A DNA stretch of 64,000 nt, taken from a virus. The position numbers and the translations under genes were made by a program. Positions 40,546 through 48,744 of the stretch are shown in pieces. The stretch is taken from positions 34,300-98,299 of the IMG/VR virus record IMGVR_UViG_3300020165_003419; one strand, 5' to 3'. Position 1 is the first letter of the stretch, and each line of letters opens with the position of its first letter. Under the pieces are notes generated by a model, which saw nothing but the letters and a program-made list of their open reading frames with translations, was not told the DNA's origin and ran no database searches.

Positions 40546-40638
40546 CTGGAGGGGGAGGATTCGAACCTCCAAGGTGCACTTTCGTGAATCACCACCCGAG
40601 AAACAGTCGGGCGCGTTTGCCAATTCCGCCACCCCCCA
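40546..40638 (-). tRNA. Atypical tRNA-Asn(GUU) with long variable arm
   Basis: Acceptor TGGGGGG/CCCTCCA + G73; D arm GCGGAATTGGCAAACGC; anticodon stem CCCGA/TCGGG with loop CTGTTTC; 24-nt variable region; T arm GGAGG TTCGAAT CCTCC; ends GCC-T (CCA incomplete). Confidence 0.8.
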
Positions 40639-40737
40639 AAAGGGGCCGGTTTTTTGTCATGAACTAAGGAACCGGAAAACCTTCGCCTACGTGACCACCG
40701 GCGACCGCGTCCCGCTTATAAAGCGAGCAGGACAGCG
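40639..40737 (-). ncRNA. Candidate structured RNA upstream of tRNA-Asn
   Basis: GC-rich 99-nt intergenic stretch with three consecutive possible hairpins; family not recognised. Confidence 0.35.
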
Positions 40738-41214
40738 CTATGAATCAAATGTCAACGTTCCATTGTCAGTAGCTACCGAAACTGTCCAGCCTGACAAAAA
40801 CGGTGAGGCGGACACAATATCCGTTGCCGGTACCTGTACTTCTGCTGACAGAGTACAAAAACCTCTCTTGTGATCATATTTTTCTGTTGAATGCTCAATG
40901 TATTCTTGATCATAAAAATTTTCAGTTAAATATTCAGTAAGGTAATCTTCAAAAGTAAAGCTTCCTCGCTCATAATCGTCAAGATGACCTTCGCTACGCA
41001 GGGATTCTAGAATTTCACCAGACCAACGACTTGATACTCGTAGACCGGGTGTGGCGATAAGACTGGCGAATGAACTTACTACATCAGTATCTGACAGCGC
41101 TGTTTCTACATCTGTCTCGTTATGCACGAAGACATCAGTACCTTCGCTGTATGAAAGCGTTACTAATGCACCCTCTTCAAGATTGAGGTTTTTGATTTTT
41201 TGTGTGATTGACAT
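40738..41214 (-). CDS. Hypothetical protein
   Basis: 158 aa, AAGGAG RBS, tandem TTGACA boxes upstream (41284, 41291). Confidence 0.7.
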   Translation of the reverse strand: MSITQKIKNLNLEEGALVTLSYSEGTDVFVHNETDVETALSDTDVVSSFASLIATPGLRVSSRWSGEILESLRSEGHLDDYERGSFTFEDYLTEYLTENFYDQEYIEHSTEKYDHKRGFCTLSAEVQVPATDIVSASPFLSGWTVSVATDNGTLTFDS

Positions 41215-41311
41215 TTAAACTCCTTTGTTAATCCACGCAACGACGTAATATTCGCCATTGTTAATAATTATTAACACAGTTGGTGTCAAGTGTCAAGGGT
41301 AATATCTCATT

Positions 41312-41824
41312 TTATTCCCACAGATACTCTTTCCAAAGATCGCTTATCTGACTGGTTGTTAAGGTTCTTAAAATACTAACTTTGGGCTTTTTGGGGTTGC
41401 TTATTGGGTGCATATTCGCCTCATGAGGTGTTTTACATCCTTTTCTTTGATTGCATTTTTTGCAAGAGGCTACTAAATTTGTCCACGTATTTTTGCCGCC
41501 GCGGCTTTTAGGTAGAACATGGTCTAAAGTTAACTCTTCCGTCGGGAAACTTTTGGCACAGTATTGACAATGGTTTTTGTCTCTATAAATTACATTCACT
41601 CTGCTGCAAGATACACCAGTAAACCTAAATCTTACTATTGTCTTAAGAACAATAACTGCCGGCAGTTCAAAACTACGTGAAGGAGATGAAATTCTTTTTT
41701 CATAAGTTTCCAGGGGCATAGCTTTACCTACCAAACACATAACTAATGCTTCTATAGCATCTATCACTTCAATCGGCCGATAGGTTGAATCTAACTTTAA
41801 AGCCTTCATACTATCTATTTGCAT
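41312..41824 (-). CDS. HNH endonuclease
   Basis: RDKNHCQYC...TLDHVLPKSRGG..W.NLVASCKKCN. Confidence 0.9.
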   Translation of the reverse strand: MQIDSMKALKLDSTYRPIEVIDAIEALVMCLVGKAMPLETYEKRISSPSRSFELPAVIVLKTIVRFRFTGVSCSRVNVIYRDKNHCQYCAKSFPTEELTLDHVLPKSRGGKNTWTNLVASCKKCNQRKGCKTPHEANMHPISNPKKPKVSILRTLTTSQISDLWKEYLWE

Positions 41825-41874
41825 GCATGTACCTCGCTCTATACAGTAACTATATTACTGTTAGTTGTCAAGTA

Positions 41875-42372
41875 CTATCTACCAGAACTTTGTGGTGTGT
41901 TGCGGTTCGGCGGGAGTTCAAAGTCTCTGCCTTTTTTAGTTAACTCGGAAGAACTTTGTAGTTTTTCTTCTCCACCAACGCCCCATAATAATTCTACACC
42001 GATTTCTTCGCATACAGCTTGTTCGGGAGTATTGGCTTTTCCTCGATCACCACCATTCGCAAAGAAGGTTGGTTTTAATCTTCGAATAGCTTCACACACG
42101 GTACCATCGGAGTCGTCCACTGAGTCCACTAAGATAACACCTTTAATAGCGTTTAAGATTTCGACGCGGCGCTCCCATTCCATAAAAACAAAACCTTTTT
42201 TACGAAACAACCAATCATCTGAGTTAGCTATTATTATTACATCTCCATATTGTGCGGCATGTCTTATCATTCGAATATGTCCAGCATGCACAGGATCAAA
42301 GCCGCCTGAGACCATTACGGTTGGGTTCGTCCCATCGTTGTTTTTCTTCCACATATCTCTATGTACAGTCAT
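41875..42372 (-). CDS. HIGH-family cytidylyl/adenylyltransferase (TagD/RibL-like)
   Basis: VSGGFDPVHAGH, ANSD, FANGGDR, QSSS. Confidence 0.85.
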   Translation of the reverse strand: MTVHRDMWKKNNDGTNPTVMVSGGFDPVHAGHIRMIRHAAQYGDVIIIANSDDWLFRKKGFVFMEWERRVEILNAIKGVILVDSVDDSDGTVCEAIRRLKPTFFANGGDRGKANTPEQAVCEEIGVELLWGVGGEEKLQSSSELTKKGRDFELPPNRNTPQSSGR

Positions 42373-42431
42373 TCTAAAATTCCTCCAGTTAAGTTTTTAT
42401 TATATCATATTAACAAGAATTGTATAGAAAT

Positions 42432-43481
42432 TTATGATCCCGTGTCACCTGTATCAGTTGGACCGGCGCCATATGGATCGTCCGGATCATAATGATATGC
42501 AATATCTACGTGATCATTTCCAGATGGGATAACATCAAAATATACAGTGTTATCTGATGCTTGGTAATGCCAATCCCAATTTAGGGCGCCGTTAATAAAC
42601 ACGCGGATAGTATCTTCGTCACTTACAACATATGTGAGTTCAATTTGTTCATATGGTTCTAATCGACTGGATGCATCTTGGACACCGGGCGCCCAATCCT
42701 CAGCGCATATATCTACTACGACACCACCAAAGTGATTCGTTGCTTCCATGTATCGGTCTCCAACATCAATCATATTTGGAGGAGTGCTACAAAGGCTGTC
42801 CGCTTGCGCGACGTTATTGATACTAGCTAAGTATGCTGATCCGCCGCGGAGAGAGTTGTACCAAACTTTAAAATCATCAATGTCTGGGAAGTGTGCATCA
42901 CTTTGTTCCTCTTCGTCAGAGACAAACACGACCAATAGGGCTGCATCAGGTCTCAGCCATGTGGCACCGTAAGGATTATTGATTATATATTCATACGCTG
43001 CGTCGAACCCTTCTTCTCGACCGCCGCGTCCCATGGCGGCGTACATGTCCATAGCGTCTGCTATATCATCCCCAGGAACAAGGGGAAACTGAGCCTCTAC
43101 TGAGGCTTTAGCTGGGTCGTTACTCATCATGGCTAATCGCCAACCGGAGTCTGGTAATGCCTCCAGCATAGCTTCAATTCCAGCCATAAGTTCCGGATCA
43201 AAACGGTTCATTGAGCCAGAAGTATCGATAATCCATAAGATATCCACACCATCAACGCTTTGAGGTTGATTAAAAGAATCTACCCAGATCTCACCGTATT
43301 CGGTTTCCCCAGGAACTTCTACTAAAATGTATACAGGGACTTCAACAATCTCTCCCGGTACATCTACATAAATTGTTTCTCCGTTGCCTTCACCATGGAG
43401 AACATAATCAACATTACTGGTACAACCAGCAATTATTGTAACGAACAGCATTACTGCTGCTTTTAGTAACTTGTGTGCCAT
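42432..43481 (-). CDS. vWA-domain lipoprotein
   Basis: Signal peptide with lipobox IAGC; MIDAS VDILWIIDTSGSM; LRPDAALLVVFVSDEEEQS; DTGDTG tail. Confidence 0.8.
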   Translation of the reverse strand: MAHKLLKAAVMLFVTIIAGCTSNVDYVLHGEGNGETIYVDVPGEIVEVPVYILVEVPGETEYGEIWVDSFNQPQSVDGVDILWIIDTSGSMNRFDPELMAGIEAMLEALPDSGWRLAMMSNDPAKASVEAQFPLVPGDDIADAMDMYAAMGRGGREEGFDAAYEYIINNPYGATWLRPDAALLVVFVSDEEEQSDAHFPDIDDFKVWYNSLRGGSAYLASINNVAQADSLCSTPPNMIDVGDRYMEATNHFGGVVVDICAEDWAPGVQDASSRLEPYEQIELTYVVSDEDTIRVFINGALNWDWHYQASDNTVYFDVIPSGNDHVDIAYHYDPDDPYGAGPTDTGDTGS

Positions 43482-43486
43482 CCCTA

Positions 43487-43696
43487 TTAGTAGGTAGAGG
43501 CGGGCTCCGGAAAAAGATGATGTTCACGTACTTTTTTTTTCTTTCCGGTCTCTTCAATGTAGATATCGTAATCATAAAAGTCGTTTTTTGGGTATACCCA
43601 TAAAATAAGGGCTCGATTTTGCATTTCCTTTAATAATTCAGAATCTGAGTCTGCAAATGGTTTATAAACTACCCACTCATCAACTTCATACTTCAT
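43487..43696 (-). CDS. Small SH3/KOW-like protein
   Basis: YEVDEWVVY...KKVREHHL; matches the paralog pattern in this window. Confidence 0.55.
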   Translation of the reverse strand: MKYEVDEWVVYKPFADSDSELLKEMQNRALILWVYPKNDFYDYDIYIEETGKKKKVREHHLFPEPASTY

Positions 43697-43698
43697 CT

Positions 43699-44196
43699 TT
43701 ATTTATACTCCGGTTTGTGATTTTTTAACACTTCGTATAATTTTCCTGGTGAAAGATTTGGGGTCTTATAAATACGTATCTTGTCCCATTTTATTAATCT
43801 TGCTTTAACTAAGGCATGGGCTATCCACTCAGAACAATACCAGCGATCTCTATGTTTAACGATGTAAGGAAGGACTTGTGATAAAATCATTCCTATCCAG
43901 TCATACTTGGCGCCATTGGTTTTATCAATAAAATTATAAAGTTGTTCAATCTGGTAATCTCTAACCGGCTTTCTCCAACTTAGTTCAAAACTTAGAAAAT
44001 CCCAATCTTCCAAATTTTCTACTTCATAGACTGAACGACCTGCGACTTTTGCTGTCAAGAAAGGCGAGATACTTACCCACGTGACACCATTTGGCAATAC
44101 TAATTCGGCATGACTATATGGGCTTTTTGTCCACCATCGAATTATCTTATTTTTCCAGTTTCCTTTGCCTTTGTAGAATGCCACGCTTATTTTCAT
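43699..44196 (-). CDS. Permuted papain-like (YaeF/YiiX, NlpC/P60) amidase
   Basis: SPYSHAEL (His) before KYDW...WYCSEW (Cys). Confidence 0.8.
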   Translation of the reverse strand: MKISVAFYKGKGNWKNKIIRWWTKSPYSHAELVLPNGVTWVSISPFLTAKVAGRSVYEVENLEDWDFLSFELSWRKPVRDYQIEQLYNFIDKTNGAKYDWIGMILSQVLPYIVKHRDRWYCSEWIAHALVKARLIKWDKIRIYKTPNLSPGKLYEVLKNHKPEYK

Positions 44197-44286
44197 CTTT
44201 TAAAATACCTAAATATAAAATTATCCCTTCTTAATAATATAGCATATTTCTAGTATAAACCTACAAAAAATACTATATATTTTTGG

Positions 44287-44610
44287 ATGTACATATCACA
44301 CGGAGGGCTCGGTGTGGAATTTTTATATATTACGCTAGGCGTATGTCTAAGTATTTTAGTTTATTTCGTTTACAAATTTATTGTTTTCCAAAAAAAACAA
44401 ATAGTTGCCAAAGATATGCTAGAGCAGTGTATGCTTGACGAAATTCAACAAACAAGAGAAGAATATCAAAGACGACGATTATCTGAAATACGTGATTCAA
44501 GAAAGAAAACAAACGTTTTTCGTAAAATGGCTATCGACGAGATAGCAAAGCAAAAACTAGTTTATGATGAAGAGTCTGGCTGTTACGTCAGAAGGCGCCA
44601 GATTAATTAA
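44287..44610 (+). CDS. Membrane-anchored hypothetical protein (only plausible plus-strand gene)
   Basis: Fills an otherwise empty gap; N-terminal TM helix then charged coil. Confidence 0.6.
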   Translation: MYISHGGLGVEFLYITLGVCLSILVYFVYKFIVFQKKQIVAKDMLEQCMLDEIQQTREEYQRRRLSEIRDSRKKTNVFRKMAIDEIAKQKLVYDEESGCYVRRRQIN

Positions 44611-44987
44611 GAATTTTTGTTTTTATAATCTTTTATCGCTGCTCGGATTGCATCTTCGGCCAAAACTGAACAGTGTATCTTCACCGGTGGTAACGATAGT
44701 TCTTTTGCTATATCTGCATTAGATATATCTTGGGCTTCCTCAATATTTAAACCCTTTACCATTGTTGTAATTAAAGAACTTGAGGCAATTGCAGATCCAC
44801 ACCCAAAAGTTTTGAATTTTGCATCCTCAATGACACCGTTATCATTTATTTTTAATTGAAGCCTCATGACGTCTCCACATGCTGGCGCTCCAACAGTGCC
44901 TGTTCCAACACTTGAATCATTTTTATCTAATGAACCCACATTTTGTGGATTCTCGAAATGATCAACAACTTTATCTGAATAACTCAT
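44607..44987 (-). CDS. iscU: Fe-S cluster scaffold IscU
   Basis: YSDKVVDHFENP, GAPACGD, KTFGCGSAIASS, LPPVKIHCSVLAEDAI. Confidence 0.97.
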   Translation of the reverse strand: MSYSDKVVDHFENPQNVGSLDKNDSSVGTGTVGAPACGDVMRLQLKINDNGVIEDAKFKTFGCGSAIASSSLITTMVKGLNIEEAQDISNADIAKELSLPPVKIHCSVLAEDAIRAAIKDYKNKNS

Positions 44988-44999
44988 ATAATAACTAGA

Positions 45000-45336
45000 T
45001 GGTGGAGATGGCGGGAGTCGAACCCGCGTCCAAAATAACTCTGATTGTAGTCATTCACAAGCTTATCAGTTTTTTATATCCCCTAACTGAATGGGTAGAC
45101 GGTCATAATCTAAAGCTTACCGTCCTGTTGCCTTAGAAGGTTTGATTTTTTCAACTTGTCTGTTGTTTTGATTAGATTGGAAAGAAGGTTCTAATCGACC
45201 TCCCGATTAAGCCGCTAAGCGGACAGATTCGAAGTGGTTATTGTTATTAGCAATTATTGTTTTTGAACGATTAAGGTTGTATCTTACCTGCTTGCACTAT
45301 TCCTCTTTATTACCTTGTCGAATCCAAATCATCCCC
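45000..45336 (-). ncRNA. ssrA: tmRNA; tag peptide (A)ANNNNHFESVRLAA*
   Basis: 5' GGGGATGATTTGGATTCGAC, 3' GGACGCGGGTTCGACTCCCGCCATCTCCACCA (G3.U pair); internal ATAATT-GCT resume codon and frame ending LAA-TAA. Confidence 0.95.
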
Positions 45337-45538
45337 TTTTCTTTTTTACTATTACACCGACCGGATTAGAATTTTCTCCATCAAGCCAAATATTGACTTC
45401 TGTTTTATTCTCTTCTCGTTCAGTTTTAATAAAATAAATATTTTTCTTTGCAGCTTTTAATGCAGCTGACTCTGTCGAATGTTTGCTTATGAGATCTCCC
45501 ATAATATAATGCCCATTCCATTTATATACTTTCCACAT
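45329..45538 (-). CDS. Small hypothetical protein
   Basis: 69 aa; its stop overlaps the tmRNA 5' end. Confidence 0.6.
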   Translation of the reverse strand: MWKVYKWNGHYIMGDLISKHSTESAALKAAKKNIYFIKTEREENKTEVNIWLDGENSNPVGVIVKKKRG

Positions 45539-45878
45539 TGTTGAAATACTCCTCCAATTGATATCTTTTATAGAGACTATTAAATTCTGAATATGATACG
45601 CCTAAGAATCTTGCTGCATCTTTTTTTGACTTGGTAGTCGAAACAGCAAACTTGAGCATTGCATCTTTAATAATATAATCTGATTTCTTCCATATGTCAA
45701 GCCCATACAGACGATTATTTATATTAGCTGCTGACAATTCTAATTTTATTGCTAATAAATCTTCAATCGTAAACGTGTTGATCACCACGAGAGTTTCATC
45801 GTTAATTTTATTTTGGTCTTTGAACTTTTGTATAACACTGAGATTGACAGAAGTTGATTTTGTGTTATTATTAGACAT
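45522..45878 (-). CDS. Fis-like helix-turn-helix protein
   Basis: C-terminal SKKDAARFLGVSYSEF; start moved to MSNNN. Confidence 0.65.
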   Translation of the reverse strand: MSNNNTKSTSVNLSVIQKFKDQNKINDETLVVINTFTIEDLLAIKLELSAANINNRLYGLDIWKKSDYIIKDAMLKFAVSTTKSKKDAARFLGVSYSEFNSLYKRYQLEEYFNNVESI

Positions 45879-45927
45879 GTGATTAATAGAAGTGATAGAC
45901 ACTGTGATAGACACATGTGATTAACAC
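45879..45927. repeat. Four tandem GTGAT(A/T)(G/A)A(C/T)A(C/G) boxes (putative operator array)
   Basis: GTGATTAATAG 45879, GTGATAGACAC 45892 and 45904, GTGATTAACAC 45917. Confidence 0.65.
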
Positions 45928-45943
45928 CGCCACCACAGATATT

Positions 45944-45972
45944 AATATAAACTCAAAACTAAATCTTGTCAA
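45944..45972 (-). promoter_or_regulatory. Sigma70-type promoter
   Basis: TTGACA-17 nt-TATATT upstream of the HTH gene and tmRNA. Confidence 0.7.
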
Positions 45973-45991
45973 GTACTTTTTTTAAAAAAAA

Positions 45992-46774
45992 TTACAATTC
46001 GATGGACATGTCGGCTTCTTCACCGCCGCCAACTGCGTCATCACCGCTATCTACCGCATCATCGTATGCCTGATTTGATGGTTCTTCCACAGAACCAGAA
46101 AGCTCATCTTCAAATTTATTGAAGTATAGTTTAAGATTAGCAATCAAATAATCATAGAACAATTCTTGATCTTCAGGATCCGAAAGAAGTTCATATGAAT
46201 CAATGATTGCAGTTTCAATTTTCTTAAACGATTGGTATGCCATATTACGACCGGTTTGATCACCATCTACACCAGATCCAAATTCTTCTTTTTCATCAGG
46301 CGCATCATCTTCCTCGGCGGCTTTCTTTTCGGCATCCGTACGAATATCAATAAACTTATCATCAACACCGTCAGCATCATCGACTACATCTATATCTACT
46401 TCGTTTAACTCAGCATCATCTGGGTCAGCCGCGTTGTTAGCAATTGCTGGTGTGAGAGTTTTGACTACAGCGTTAACAATATGCGCACGAAATGATTGTC
46501 TCTGTGTTTCGTTAGTAGTAAGAGATTTGAAATCTGTCTCAAGAACAGGTACTATCTTTTTGAGTAGTTCTTCAAGAACATTGATTCCAGTTGACTTATT
46601 TGGTGTTGGGCTTACGTCTGGGGTTGAAACCTCTGATAGCATTTTTTTGAGTTCTAGCTCAGCTAATTTAACAATGCTCTTTTCGAATAAAACTTTTGTA
46701 CTTGTTTTTTTCTGCTTGACAAAGCGGATTAAATCACGTATATTAGATCTAAGTGTTTTCTCTTCTTGGTTCAT
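45992..46774 (-). CDS. Acidic hypothetical protein (possible head/scaffold-like)
   Basis: 260 aa, very acidic, LxE sites (MLSE, ELNE). Confidence 0.55.
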   Translation of the reverse strand: MNQEEKTLRSNIRDLIRFVKQKKTSTKVLFEKSIVKLAELELKKMLSEVSTPDVSPTPNKSTGINVLEELLKKIVPVLETDFKSLTTNETQRQSFRAHIVNAVVKTLTPAIANNAADPDDAELNEVDIDVVDDADGVDDKFIDIRTDAEKKAAEEDDAPDEKEEFGSGVDGDQTGRNMAYQSFKKIETAIIDSYELLSDPEDQELFYDYLIANLKLYFNKFEDELSGSVEEPSNQAYDDAVDSGDDAVGGGEEADMSIEL

Positions 46775-48741
46775 CTTAATATGCCTCTTTCCATAATTAG
46801 TCTCATCACCTCATCAACGGTGACTAAATTAGTGTTTTCTCTTGTAACGAGCTTACTTCGTTGTTTTTCTGCTTCGTTATCATCTTCTATTTCTTTTTTA
46901 TTGCCCCAGGGTCCTCCCTTAGCACCAACTGCAGCACCGCCGGCTGCTCCCGCACCGGACATTTCTTGCATCGGCGAGGCTATTCCAAGTATAGAAAGCA
47001 AATCAAATACATTGTCTTCACCAATAAAGTCTTCTAATTCCTCAATGGCATCCTCGCTAGTTTCTGCAGCGCCCAATAATTCTCTCATGTCTGACGCGCT
47101 GTATGGAACTCCATTGGGTCTCAAAGAAGGCTTAACTGCAGTAGCAAAGGGATCCATCAATTTAACACCCTCTTTAATGTACTTTTCTGCTCCCGCCCAT
47201 CGACCGGCGTCTCCACCCTTGTTGCTGGCTCCTAATATTACCTTAGTCCCCTCTTCCAAGGGACCATCACGTCCAACATATTCGTATGCTGCGGTTAATG
47301 GCGAAGCATGGTTAGAGATACCTACCTCTACATTCGGCAGGTCTTGGGTTAGAAGGTTCCATATCTTTAGAGAATCTTCAGCAGTAATTTCACGTCCGTT
47401 CGGTAATTTTCGACCTCCACGTGTCGGCCGCGAAATTAAAACAATAACTTCATCAGCCATTTCTGCATATTTCCGCACCATATCTAGGTGCCCGTTGTGA
47501 GGTGGCTTAAAAGCTCCCGGAACAACAGCAATCGTTTTGCCAAAATCAGCATCGACGACCGGATCATCATCTTCGTCTTCTTCTGTCACAGGCTTAAATT
47601 CATAGCCAATGAAGTCTTCTTCATTTTCAGTTACACTTCCACCAAATCCACCACCAAGATTTCCTAAGATGAATTCTCCGGTAATTTTAACAGGGTTTGG
47701 TCCAAATTTTTCTTCATCCCTAAGCACTACCCCCTCGTGACTCATCAAGTCGCCCATGGGGCTTGTGAGACCCCTTAAAACGTCGTTCCCGAGCATACGA
47801 GTGGCATGCATAAAGAGGGCACCGTTGATAGCACGTTCTGCGTCAGCTTGGTCGACCAAACTAACTACCGGCACGCCATCGACTGCAAGTGCTTTATACA
47901 GTTCTTTGTGAAGAGGGTGTCGTGTTACCATCTTATCTCCGACTCGAACTTTTAAAGAATCGTAATCTGGATTCTGCGCACTGGAAAGCCAATCGGCAAG
48001 CGATTTAGTAATCTCCCGGTCGTCAGATATTTTAATTGTCAATGGTTCCGATAACGTACTACTAAAATCAATATCTGTGTCTTCTGTGCGGGTAGTTGGT
48101 ACGGAGCCATAAACCTTAAATCCTAATTCGGCTGCTATCGGATTCAACTTCTCTATAAGGGTTTCCATGATTTCTGGATCATAAGTAACTTCTCGACTGG
48201 GCGCTTTGATTCCATCTGGTCTCTCGGCTCCCGGTCTTACATTCCCTTTACTTGCGCCGGACTTTGCGACTTTTTCATAAAATTGGTTTAGTCCGTGAAT
48301 AGCTAAAAAGTTTTCATCGTAATCAGTAACATTCGTTGTACCTGTAACGTATTCAGTATTAAGGAACATCGATGGGTTATCCCACATTCCAAGTTCTTGT
48401 AATTGTGGCTTAATTGCCGGCAGCGCTTTATTTAGGATAGCTAGAAGTGTCTTAATAGCCGGTCGCATACCGTGACCTTCAGGAAATCTTTGGTCGACTC
48501 TTGACATTGTAATTCCGCTGATGTCAATTTCTTTTGACGACCCGCGGTCAACAGCAAATTGACGTTGTCCGTCAGTCTCAACAACTTTAAACGAAACGTT
48601 AACTCCATCGATTTTAACAGCACCAGCACCTTCTGTTTCAAGATGATCTTTGGCTTTGTTAAAAAAGTCGAGAAGGTCGTTACCTGTTCTTACAGAGCCC
48701 AAATCAAAAGGATGGGCCATATGTCCGGCAGCACCGCCCAT
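46771..48741 (-). CDS. RNA-ligase-like nucleotidyltransferase fused to HIGH-family nucleotidyltransferase
   Basis: VKIDGVN (motif I), NTEYV, HEGVVLR (IV), VKITGEF (V); then VPGAFKPPHNGH and YSASDMR. Confidence 0.7.
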   Translation of the reverse strand: MGGAAGHMAHPFDLGSVRTGNDLLDFFNKAKDHLETEGAGAVKIDGVNVSFKVVETDGQRQFAVDRGSSKEIDISGITMSRVDQRFPEGHGMRPAIKTLLAILNKALPAIKPQLQELGMWDNPSMFLNTEYVTGTTNVTDYDENFLAIHGLNQFYEKVAKSGASKGNVRPGAERPDGIKAPSREVTYDPEIMETLIEKLNPIAAELGFKVYGSVPTTRTEDTDIDFSSTLSEPLTIKISDDREITKSLADWLSSAQNPDYDSLKVRVGDKMVTRHPLHKELYKALAVDGVPVVSLVDQADAERAINGALFMHATRMLGNDVLRGLTSPMGDLMSHEGVVLRDEEKFGPNPVKITGEFILGNLGGGFGGSVTENEEDFIGYEFKPVTEEDEDDDPVVDADFGKTIAVVPGAFKPPHNGHLDMVRKYAEMADEVIVLISRPTRGGRKLPNGREITAEDSLKIWNLLTQDLPNVEVGISNHASPLTAAYEYVGRDGPLEEGTKVILGASNKGGDAGRWAGAEKYIKEGVKLMDPFATAVKPSLRPNGVPYSASDMRELLGAAETSEDAIEELEDFIGEDNVFDLLSILGIASPMQEMSGAGAAGGAAVGAKGGPWGNKKEIEDDNEAEKQRSKLVTRENTNLVTVDEVMRLIMERGILR

Positions 48742-48744
48742 AAT

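Noticed and set aside
40570-40595. Extra nucleotides in tRNA-Asn as an intron
   Set aside because: The insert sits in the variable-arm position, folds as a GAAA-capped stem and comes with a class II D arm; a true long arm is simpler.
40639-40737. HDV-like (theta) ribozyme or preQ1 riboswitch next to the tRNA
   Set aside because: It lies 5' rather than 3' of the tRNA, and I could not build the P1/P1.1/P3 pseudoknot or the preQ1 consensus by eye.
40369-40873. Track ORFs 40369..40632 (-) and 40574..40873 (+)
   Set aside because: They run through the tRNA-Asn gene and the structured element; only the hydrophobic part 40369..40533 is kept.
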